Virus record (IMG/VR): IMGVR_UViG_3300045912_000261
Span: 48,534 to 112,533 of that record
DNA: 64,000 bases
Reading direction: 5' to 3' (one strand)
From: a virus
Shown: piece by piece, positions 10,328-18,685 of the stretch
How the letters are laid out: the number at the start of each line of letters is the position of its first letter
Numbering within the stretch: the first letter of the stretch is position 1
Position numbers and translations under genes: made by a program
Notes under the pieces: model-generated
Database searches by the model: none
Seen by the model: the letters and a program-made list of their open reading frames with translations, nothing else
Told to the model about the DNA's origin: nothing

Positions 10328-10343
10328 CTACTTCCCTTTCTGC

Positions 10344-12398
10344 TTATGGTCCTGACACCCATCCGGTGCCGACAACCCACCTGACACGCCCTTCCTTCTG
10401 ACCATCTACGATTAGGTAAGGACGCGACACATCCCGCACGCCCAAACCGTCGCAGCAGGTGCATCCTTCCACCTCGGGGAAGTAAGCCACCCTAAGGGCC
10501 GGAGGCACCGTCCCGCCGAGCTCAGCGTCGACTTGCCAGTCACCCCTACCAGAGAACGAGACGTCAAGCTCGGTCCCACCAGGCTGCGAGGGAACATTCT
10601 GCACGACCCCGAAGACAGACCCCACAAAGTTGTCTGTAGTACCGCTTCCAAAGGGGTCTGAGGGGCCATCTGAATAGACGTCACTGTTGACGAGCAGTCC
10701 CCCCGCCACGGAGTCGAAGGAGTACTGTACCTCACCGGTAGGCGTACCCGATCGGAGACCTGAATGGAATCCTAGCAGGATGTCTCCCCCCGAAGGGGGA
10801 CCCTTGATGGGTGAGGCGACAGTAAACTCAACCCACTGCTCGGCCATGTTCTCTGCCAGCACCCGCTCGTTCGAAACTCCCAACCGGGCGGCCGTGTTGG
10901 CGTTGTACACAACCACCTTGATAGGTTGCGTCGACGAACCTGTTCCAGAACCCCTCATACGGGCCCAGAAGGTAGTAAACTGCTTGCCTGCAGGCATCGT
11001 AAACCGGAAGGCGCGCTTGGCGTCCGGGGACATGCCCTTGAAGCCTGTCGTCCCGGCCGGGAACTTACCAACCTTCTCCGTTCCCGGAGCAGGATCGTCA
11101 CCAGGTTGCGGAGGCGGTGGGGAGGCTGCTTGAGGCTGTGCCGAGATCTGAGCTGGACTGGAGTAGGTACCTCCGGCACGAGTGTATACCGAGTAGTAGT
11201 ACGTTGTACCGTTCGTCAAGCCCGTGTCCGTGTGACTAGTTCCCGTGCTGTCGTAGATCGTGGTTCCGTCAGCTGGGGAAGTCGAGTAGGATCCCGTCTT
11301 CCGGACGATGACGATAGAATCCCATGTTCCACCAGGATTCGTCCACGACAGCGCAACTTGTGTATCCCCTGGAGTAGCTGCTAGGTTAGTTACGGGCGAA
11401 GGCGGAGACGGCGTCGATCCCCCAGGCTGCAGCTGCTGCGGGCCGTACCCGATGGATGGCGAGTTAGAGGATAGTCTGTAGTCCCCTACGGAGGGGTTGA
11501 CGAACAGTGGGTCGGTGTTCTGTAGGTTGCTGGTTGTAAACCCTCCGCTGGAGGAGTTGATTCGCCCACCGGAGCCCGAACCTTGGTAGACGTTGGAATC
11601 CCGAACAACGTTACCCACCCCTGCGGGTGAGCATCCCCAGTAGGACTCAACCAAGTACCTGCCTGACCTAGTGCAGTTCATCAGGATGGACTTCTCGACG
11701 ATGTTGCGGTCGGATGAGTAGCACCCTGTGAGGCCCGTGGAGGAGTCGTTAGCCCCCGAGAAAGTAATCCCGGCGTTAACGTTGGCTGCGGTGATCCTCT
11801 GGACCGTGGTATCATCCCCGTTGTTGTAGAAGTGGAAGCACCAGCCGTCAGTGATTTCGTAGAAGAGGCAGTCCTCCACCCTGGTGAACTGGCAGTTCTT
11901 GATGTACAAGGGGTGGTCGTGGTTGTTTCGGGAGGGGTCTCCGATAAGGCGGAAGCGGATTCGCCTGAAGATCACATTGGAGGTGAACCGAGGGGAGCCG
12001 ATGGTAAAGAAGATCCTCCCCGGGAAGCCATCAATGCGGTTCATGCACACCAAGTCTTCGAAGATGCAGCCGTCTCCGTTGACGAGGCAGGTCCCCGAGG
12101 CTTCCGTAGACACTGCACCGCTCCAGCCGAAACCTCTGAAGACCGAACCTCCACCTCCTGAGTTGATGGAGAATCTGCCCTTAAGGCGGACGGAGACCGA
12201 ACTCATAGTGTGTCCGTGGGTACCGCTTACGAACATCCCAGGGGACCAACCATCCCCTTCGATGATGACTCTCTTGCCGATACTGAAGAAGCCTGACCCC
12301 AAGTTGTGCTCTCCTGGCAGCAGTAGGAGAGTGTCCCCGGAGGCCGCCGCTGAGTACTGGGATGAGAACGTCCCCGGAGAGACGGTAAGAACTGCCAT
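10344..12398 (-). CDS. Right-handed beta-helix protein with FN3 domain (putative depolymerase/receptor-binding protein)
   Basis: N-terminal ~325 aa paralogous to 2963..4498; FN3 motif PVTNLAATPGDTQVALSW...DTGLTNGTTYYYSV. Confidence 0.75.
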   Translation of the reverse strand: MAVLTVSPGTFSSQYSAAASGDTLLLLPGEHNLGSGFFSIGKRVIIEGDGWSPGMFVSGTHGHTMSSVSVRLKGRFSINSGGGGSVFRGFGWSGAVSTEASGTCLVNGDGCIFEDLVCMNRIDGFPGRIFFTIGSPRFTSNVIFRRIRFRLIGDPSRNNHDHPLYIKNCQFTRVEDCLFYEITDGWCFHFYNNGDDTTVQRITAANVNAGITFSGANDSSTGLTGCYSSDRNIVEKSILMNCTRSGRYLVESYWGCSPAGVGNVVRDSNVYQGSGSGGRINSSSGGFTTSNLQNTDPLFVNPSVGDYRLSSNSPSIGYGPQQLQPGGSTPSPPSPVTNLAATPGDTQVALSWTNPGGTWDSIVIVRKTGSYSTSPADGTTIYDSTGTSHTDTGLTNGTTYYYSVYTRAGGTYSSPAQISAQPQAASPPPPQPGDDPAPGTEKVGKFPAGTTGFKGMSPDAKRAFRFTMPAGKQFTTFWARMRGSGTGSSTQPIKVVVYNANTAARLGVSNERVLAENMAEQWVEFTVASPIKGPPSGGDILLGFHSGLRSGTPTGEVQYSFDSVAGGLLVNSDVYSDGPSDPFGSGTTDNFVGSVFGVVQNVPSQPGGTELDVSFSGRGDWQVDAELGGTVPPALRVAYFPEVEGCTCCDGLGVRDVSRPYLIVDGQKEGRVRWVVGTGWVSGP

Positions 12399-12401
12399 TA
12401 C

Positions 12402-14033
12402 CTAGCTCCCTGCCGTGAGGGTGATCGTGCCCGCCAGAGGCCTCTCGCCTTCAGCCAGCGTGAGATTAGCTGCCGTAAGCGCCTGGCCCGTCCTGGCAAG
12501 CTTCACGTTAGCGTAGTCCACAACCCCAGGGAAGTCGTGAATCACGTTGGCAATGTAGGAGAGCCTGATGACGCCCTCCCCAATCGGTAGGTTCCTGATT
12601 GCGTCCGCGATTGCCTTCTTGAGGTCGTCCTGAATGTCCGACAGCATGAGGCCCGCGTCCACGTAGATGCTGGCCTCAGCATCGACCTTCGTCGCCTTCG
12701 CAGAAATAACGGTAACCTGAATACCGATCGGGGCTTGTCCCTCACCATGGCCTCCTGCCGTGCTGTAGATACGCAGTCCGTCAAGGGTGATCGAGGCGGC
12801 TCCGGAAGCTGTTGAGGTGAGGGAGATACGGATGGAGCCGATGCTGGACCAACTGAATGTTCCGGTGGTCGTGAAGCTACTCCGTGCGATCTCCAACCGG
12901 CCCTGTCCCGTACCGCCCCCGAGTCCATCAATTGTAGCGCCCGTGATGGTTGCCTCCGTCAGGCCTACACCTGTCCCGCCAGGGTCGATGAAGGCAACCT
13001 TCAAGTTGGACACTCGGCCGGTTTGGGCAACCTTCACGGATAGGTGGATCTCGTCAGCTGCATCGTCCCAAAAGCCTAGGTTAAGAGTCTTGGTAAGCGT
13101 CGTAGTAACAGTCTGGCTCGCTCCCGCGGTGGCCAGAATACGAGACTCCTCACCCTCTAGCGGGTTGTTTACCTCCGTCGTGACGGACGCTCCCGACCAA
13201 GCCTCCGCAGCTTCAAAGTGAGCTAGGGTCAGCACGCTGGGGTCGAAGTCAGCTTGGATCTCGTCAACCACGGAGGGGGCCACGTGGATCGTATCCCGCC
13301 CGCTGAGGACGACCCTAGCCGTCCCGTTTCCTAGCCACAAGTCCTCTACGCGTACCCCTCCCACGGCAATGTTGTTGAGACCCAGAGCAACATACGTGGC
13401 TTTGTTTCCAGAGGCGGGCAGCTGCCCCGCTCGGGTGAGTGCCCTGAACCGCAGCTCCTCGTCGTCCTCAACGTCAGTGCCACCCTCAGCCGCGTCGGGG
13501 TTGTTGACATCTGTAATGCCTGGGAGAGGGTCTACGATTAGCACGATCGTGTCGGGGTCTACGTTGGTGTGTGCCCCGGGATCAACGGAGCGAGCCTCGA
13601 CAAGTACTGTGGTCTGGCTCGGTGCAATGGTGTAGGGACCGTTAATCACCTCGAACTCCACACCCGAGCTGCCGACGGCAAAGTCACCCTGCGTCGAGAA
13701 CCGCGAACCGTTATTGATAACCGCACCCTCGTCCCCAGTCACCAACAGTGTAGCCGTGGACTGGGTTGCGGGCCTTCTCGTAAGACCAAACTCGGCGGCC
13801 TTGTCATCGAGTGCGTTGCCGATCGCGTATAGAAGGAAGCCCATAGTAAGGGCGTCCTCTGAATAAGAGTGGAGACGCTGGATCTCTACTGCGATCGGCA
13901 TAAGCACGGCATGGATAAGGGAGCCAGCACGGGTGTTCCAGGAGCCTCCTCCGGCGGGCGGAGGAAGGTCCTCCAGGAGCCGGAGGTAAATGTCCTCCGT
14001 AGTCTCTCCTGGGAAGATGGGGGAAATGGCCAC
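12402..14033 (-). CDS. Baseplate J-like protein (XkdT-like)
   Basis: AIGNALDDKAAEFGLTRRPAT, AEGGTDVEDDEELRFR, SGNKATY. Confidence 0.9.
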   Translation of the reverse strand: MAISPIFPGETTEDIYLRLLEDLPPPAGGGSWNTRAGSLIHAVLMPIAVEIQRLHSYSEDALTMGFLLYAIGNALDDKAAEFGLTRRPATQSTATLLVTGDEGAVINNGSRFSTQGDFAVGSSGVEFEVINGPYTIAPSQTTVLVEARSVDPGAHTNVDPDTIVLIVDPLPGITDVNNPDAAEGGTDVEDDEELRFRALTRAGQLPASGNKATYVALGLNNIAVGGVRVEDLWLGNGTARVVLSGRDTIHVAPSVVDEIQADFDPSVLTLAHFEAAEAWSGASVTTEVNNPLEGEESRILATAGASQTVTTTLTKTLNLGFWDDAADEIHLSVKVAQTGRVSNLKVAFIDPGGTGVGLTEATITGATIDGLGGGTGQGRLEIARSSFTTTGTFSWSSIGSIRISLTSTASGAASITLDGLRIYSTAGGHGEGQAPIGIQVTVISAKATKVDAEASIYVDAGLMLSDIQDDLKKAIADAIRNLPIGEGVIRLSYIANVIHDFPGVVDYANVKLARTGQALTAANLTLAEGERPLAGTITLTAGS

Positions 14034-14042
14034 GAGCAGCTC

Positions 14043-14534
14043 CTAGATCCCAATGGGCAAAGAGGCCTGGAAGGCCAGCGTGGCGTCATCATCCAAAATG
14101 ACGTCAAAGTTGATAGTTAGCAATCCGTCCTGGGACAACTCAAACTCTACGTTGCGGATAGAGTCAATCCTGTCATGCACCAGCAAGGCATCCTCGATCA
14201 TTGCTGGAATCTCGGACGCGATCTCCTGCGGCCTCTGAGAGCCTCCCAGGAGCTCGTGGAGATCGGACCCAAACTCCCCAGGGTAGATTACGGTGGAGCC
14301 CCTACGGGTGATCAGAGCCACGGTGATCCACTGTACAAGAGCCTGTGCTTCATCGGCTTGCTGGAGCCAGTTGCTAGGGCTAACAGCGAAGGCCCCTCGG
14401 ATGAAGTCGAACTGCAGGTCCTTCCCGAGGTCCTGAGGCTCCTCAACCTCAAAGTCCTCGAATGCGCTCTCAGCATCGGTAGGCTCCGGTGCCAGGCCGA
14501 AAACTTCATCGTCCGGTACAAAGTTGGTGCTCAT
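14043..14534 (-). CDS. Baseplate wedge protein (XkdS/DUF2634, gp25-like)
   Basis: QALVQWI..AL.T.R....IY...FGSDL...IEDALLVHDRIDSI; directly before baseplate J. Confidence 0.8.
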   Translation of the reverse strand: MSTNFVPDDEVFGLAPEPTDAESAFEDFEVEEPQDLGKDLQFDFIRGAFAVSPSNWLQQADEAQALVQWITVALITRRGSTVIYPGEFGSDLHELLGGSQRPQEIASEIPAMIEDALLVHDRIDSIRNVEFELSQDGLLTINFDVILDDDATLAFQASLPIGI

Positions 14535-15610
14535 GAACCCGCAACCCTAACGGGTGTAGCTGAAATCGAACGCTCCGTCCACCAGGCTCCGTCACCGGAG
14601 TCCTGAATCTTGTACTTACAAGTAAGCGTAACAGCGCTGAGGCCCGTCTTCCTCTTCTCCCTGTACGAATGAAAGGAGGTGTGGGAGAACGTGCCCGAAG
14701 GGCCCGAATGAGTATCCAAAGCATCGGTGTCTGAGGCCGCAGTCGCTCCAATCTGGTAACTCATCCAGTTTTCCTTGTTAGCCGTGCTGGAGTGAATGCG
14801 CGCCCCGATTTTGACGTCGTAGTCGCCTGGAAGGGGTAGAGTGATGGAAGGCCCGACAGTGGCAAGATCACCGTACCCCGTCGCGGTGCGCTGCTCGCTC
14901 GCTGCCACAAGGGCAGATAGGGGAGGACCCCCAACAAAGGCCCAGGGGTAAGTAGCGTTAGGGTCGTAGCAAACCAGGTGCCAGACAATTCCGCTACCTA
15001 CATTGTAGAAAACCGTTCGCCCTAGGGTAGGTGTAGGGAGACTGGTAACCAGGCTAGGGTGCTGCGCCCACTCGACATCGTGATCCGTACCACTAACCTT
15101 TCGGAGCACTGCTCCGGTGGACCCTCCCGTGGGAAGACCTACGGGAGGGGTAGTCCAGCCAACATCGAAGTTGGTGGCACTAGACTTGGTGAGCATCTGT
15201 CCCGTAGACCCCCCGGCAGGGAGCCCCGCAGGCGAGGCCGTCCAGGCAATATCGTAGTCGGCAGCACTGGCTTTCGTAAGGACGTGGCCGTTAGCTCCCC
15301 CTGCAGGGAGTGGCGTCAGGATTCTTGAGGCCTCCTCGTCGGTTAGCTTGCCCACGACGGCCCACATCTTAGCTGTCAGCTGCAGTAGCAGTACCCGGTC
15401 GCCTCTCTTAGGGTTGTACCCGTCAGCCACCCAGATCTCATCGCGGCCGATCAGGTTAGTATCCCCCTCCCTCTCAATCTGGAGGTTCACTCCCACCCTA
15501 CGCACGTACCCCACGGAGGCCTGCCGGACGCTCCTCTGAATCCCTCGCTTAGCCTCATAGCGGGCCGCCTGGACGATACTTTGAGCCGTTCTGGAAGCTG
15601 CAAGGCCCAT
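14531..15610 (-). CDS. Baseplate spike-position protein with fibre-like repeats
   Basis: Short OB-like N-term (P.RGDRVLLL), three LPxGGxxGxxLxKxSxxDxDxxW repeats, C-terminal domain; between hub and XkdS-like gene. Confidence 0.6.
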   Translation of the reverse strand: MGLAASRTAQSIVQAARYEAKRGIQRSVRQASVGYVRRVGVNLQIEREGDTNLIGRDEIWVADGYNPKRGDRVLLLQLTAKMWAVVGKLTDEEASRILTPLPAGGANGHVLTKASAADYDIAWTASPAGLPAGGSTGQMLTKSSATNFDVGWTTPPVGLPTGGSTGAVLRKVSGTDHDVEWAQHPSLVTSLPTPTLGRTVFYNVGSGIVWHLVCYDPNATYPWAFVGGPPLSALVAASEQRTATGYGDLATVGPSITLPLPGDYDVKIGARIHSSTANKENWMSYQIGATAASDTDALDTHSGPSGTFSHTSFHSYREKRKTGLSAVTLTCKYKIQDSGDGAWWTERSISATPVRVAGS

Positions 15611-15611
15611 G

Positions 15612-17780
15612 CTAGTACCCCTGACTCACGGCCGTACTCCAGATGCGGTTAGCCGTTGGTAGATACTGCGGGAAGTACTCGTTGCGCCACTTGGGACGGA
15701 GGCTGTATGAAGGCCTCTGTGCCGCAATAGCAAGCTCAGCCTGCCTTAGCCCCCGGTTGTAGAACGTCCTGAACTCGTCAGCAGAAGCCTTGGCATTCGC
15801 GTCCGCATCGAGCGCCTGCGTCTGGGTCATGCGGTAAGTTGCCATCCGGCCGTTAATGTTGCACTGGAAGAGGCCGAAAGAGGTGCCGTTGTCACCTACG
15901 GCGGCTGGATTGAAAGTGTTCCCCGTCTCGATCATGGCCGTAATGATGAAGGCGATTGGATCCCCTGCCGCACGAGCCCACCGGCAAACTGCGTTGAGCC
16001 CCATGGTGTTGTAGCTCCCGAACCTGAAAGAGCGGCCCGCAGTCGGCTTGGTTGTAGAGTGCTTGGGGCTGACTTGCGCAGCGAGGCCGCTCTGGCCTCC
16101 CGTAGAAGGCGTCCCTCCTCCTGGAGTGGGGCCCGTACCCCCAGGGTTGCCTCCTCCCGGAGAGGACACGCCAGGAACGATGGGCTGCGACCCGTCCTTG
16201 ACGTCCACGTGAACGTGGTCGTAATGGTTTCCTCCGGTAAAGCTCTTCCAGATGACCGTGCCCCGATTGTTGGACACAGCTCCTCCGGAAGCAGGCAGCC
16301 TCGGGAGGCCGAGCGCGTCACAGGCAATCTTCGCCAGCAGGTCAAGTGAAGGCGAGGTAGCTGACGTGGATCCGGCATTGCGTAGATCGTGAGCTGCAAT
16401 GTCAACCGCCAAGCCATACCTGTGGTTGGAGGGTCTACCTGTCCCCGCCACGGTGGAGCCTGGACGAAGTCCTGAAATGCAATACTGGCCTCCGGGAGTT
16501 ACGGTGATAAGCTCACGGTAGAACTGCACGACGTGTGGTTGGACGCCCTCCAGGTTAGTGGTAAAGTCGTCCTGACCCACAGGCGCAATTGTAGCTGCCT
16601 CCGGGTAGATCTCGCTAATGTCACCAACAACTACCGGACGACCATCTGGTCCGAAGGTTACTACTTCCTCAGCCTGAAGCTGCTCTGTCTTCTCTTCCTC
16701 AGTGAGCCTCCTGGCAGGGACAATAGCAACCCAGGAGAGGTCGATGTCCATGTTGTGCTCGCCGGCGGAAATCATGTGATCCACAGCATCCACGAAGAAC
16801 TTGCCCTTCAAACCGGTGTTGCGGTCGGCAATGACCAGAGCGTCAGTCGCGCGGATCGTGGGAATCCCCTCTGCGGACACTCTAGCTGTGCGGCGCAGCC
16901 TCTTAACCTTCTGCAGTCGGGCCCTTGCGAGCTGCTCTAACCTCTTGTACGAGTAAACGTTCGCCTGATCGTACTGGATCGTTTCCGTGATGCGGCCATA
17001 CCGGCGAATGTTGGGGTGGACAACTCGCACGGACTTCTGTGGAATGCGGTTGTCACCCAGGGATACTGCCCGGACGTCAGTAGCTACACCCTCCAAAGAC
17101 TCTGACCACTCAGCACCCTTCAAGTTTGTGGACTCAGAGATCTCCCAGGTGTTGCTTTGGGAGACCAACCGCGTAATATACATCACTCTGCCAATGGCCC
17201 GAATGCGATAGCGCACACCGGTATTAATTCTGTCCTCCGTGTACGCTGCGGTGATGATCTCTAGTGGCGTGCCTTCAAGCCTAACGAACGGGATCTTGAA
17301 CTTGGTCTTGGTAATCCTGTGCGGAATTTCGTGCTCCCGAAACACAGCAGTGGCAATCTGTGACGCCGTCCATCCCCCAGGGTGCCTATTGTCATCCTTG
17401 AAGACCCACGTGCGAGACCCCGTACGCTGCAGGAAGCTGGCAATGTCAAACGACGTAACAGTGGTTGTTGCAGCCAGCCGGTCCGTAAGTCCCCTCTCCC
17501 AGACGTAAAAGTGCATAGCCGGCCTGATCCACTTCTGAGTCAAAGGATCCATTACCTTCATGACCAGCCAGGTCCCGGGCGCAAGCACCTTCCTAGCCCA
17601 GCCCTCAGGGTCGTAGAAGGTGAAGTTGGCTTCAACTGCGGCACGGCTAGCATCTTCTCTCCAACTAACCGTACGCAGCATTGTGCTTACAGTGTAGGCA
17701 GGCTGCTGGTACGGAAAGGCTGTCAGAGAGATGTGATCGACTTTCTCCCGGGCACGCTGGAGTATAGACTTAGGAGGCAC
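15612..17780 (-). CDS. Baseplate hub (XkdQ-like) with C-terminal peptidoglycan hydrolase domains
   Basis: Hub-like N-term ending G.FFVDAVDH.ISAGEH.M.IDL; SNH.YGLAVD...HYDHVHV (M15-type Zn peptidase); ETG..FNP.AVGDNGTSFGLFQ (lysozyme-like). Confidence 0.8.
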   Translation of the reverse strand: MPPKSILQRAREKVDHISLTAFPYQQPAYTVSTMLRTVSWREDASRAAVEANFTFYDPEGWARKVLAPGTWLVMKVMDPLTQKWIRPAMHFYVWERGLTDRLAATTTVTSFDIASFLQRTGSRTWVFKDDNRHPGGWTASQIATAVFREHEIPHRITKTKFKIPFVRLEGTPLEIITAAYTEDRINTGVRYRIRAIGRVMYITRLVSQSNTWEISESTNLKGAEWSESLEGVATDVRAVSLGDNRIPQKSVRVVHPNIRRYGRITETIQYDQANVYSYKRLEQLARARLQKVKRLRRTARVSAEGIPTIRATDALVIADRNTGLKGKFFVDAVDHMISAGEHNMDIDLSWVAIVPARRLTEEEKTEQLQAEEVVTFGPDGRPVVVGDISEIYPEAATIAPVGQDDFTTNLEGVQPHVVQFYRELITVTPGGQYCISGLRPGSTVAGTGRPSNHRYGLAVDIAAHDLRNAGSTSATSPSLDLLAKIACDALGLPRLPASGGAVSNNRGTVIWKSFTGGNHYDHVHVDVKDGSQPIVPGVSSPGGGNPGGTGPTPGGGTPSTGGQSGLAAQVSPKHSTTKPTAGRSFRFGSYNTMGLNAVCRWARAAGDPIAFIITAMIETGNTFNPAAVGDNGTSFGLFQCNINGRMATYRMTQTQALDADANAKASADEFRTFYNRGLRQAELAIAAQRPSYSLRPKWRNEYFPQYLPTANRIWSTAVSQGY

Positions 17781-18682
17781 TACAGATCAGGCCTCACAGG
17801 AGTACTGTTAGCTAGCCTAATTGGTGGACGCGGACGAGTACCTGAAGGGGGCGTGCGGCTCACCGGAGGCTTAGGCTTAGTTTGCGTATCGGACGGCAGC
17901 TTGAGCACCTTGGGTTGACCGCTCTTGTCCTTCGGAACAGCTGGTCCCTTGATCTTGTTCAACTTGGCGATATCCTTCCACCGGCCGGCATCACCATACC
18001 AGCGGATGGCGACATCCCTAAGGTCCTCTCCTGCCTTCGGACGATACGTCTTAGGCAGTTTGAAGAAGCGGGTCCCGCCACGGCGGCGAATGGCTTGAGG
18101 CTCGTACTCGCCGAAGACGATGTCGAACAGGCGATCCCCCGGCCTTCCTGCGGCTTCAGACCACGAGAAGTTTAGGATCCGGGCAGGCATCTTCAGGATG
18201 TTGCTGACGCTGTTGCGGTCACCTACGATGGTGAAACCTACGGAAGCAACGTCCGTGCCCGTAATGAGCCAGAAAATGTCATTGTTGTCCCTCAAGGTCT
18301 CCAGAACCTGGCACGCGAACTGGGGCGAGTTGTAGTCCTGCATCGTTCTAAGGCCCTGGCACAGGCGGGCCAACCCCTCGAACGAGCGATACTCGTCTGA
18401 GGGGAAGAAGCTGGAGAAGGTGACCTCCCGGAGAGGTGGGCCCACGGGATGCGCTGCAATACCCGCGCCAACAAGCTGCACCTCATTCCACAGGCCTGCG
18501 CCTGAGACCGTATACTCCTGTGGAGCAACCGGGAACCAGAAGCCACGCTCCTCCAGCTGTGGTGAGCGGGTCACCTCCTCGATACGGCGCAGGTAAATTG
18601 CACGGGCCTTACCCCGAGGGGTGGGGTCCCTAACAAGGGCTGTGCCTTGCGCTCCGGCGTTGATAGCTAGCTCAAGGGGCAT
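17780..18682 (-). CDS. LysM-domain tail tube initiator (XkdP-like)
   Basis: FPVAP, LREVTFSSFFP, LysM Y..KAGEDLRDVAIRWYGDAGRWKDIAKLN. Confidence 0.85.
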   Translation of the reverse strand: MPLELAINAGAQGTALVRDPTPRGKARAIYLRRIEEVTRSPQLEERGFWFPVAPQEYTVSGAGLWNEVQLVGAGIAAHPVGPPLREVTFSSFFPSDEYRSFEGLARLCQGLRTMQDYNSPQFACQVLETLRDNNDIFWLITGTDVASVGFTIVGDRNSVSNILKMPARILNFSWSEAAGRPGDRLFDIVFGEYEPQAIRRRGGTRFFKLPKTYRPKAGEDLRDVAIRWYGDAGRWKDIAKLNKIKGPAVPKDKSGQPKVLKLPSDTQTKPKPPVSRTPPSGTRPRPPIRLANSTPVRPDL

Positions 18683-18685
18683 GGG

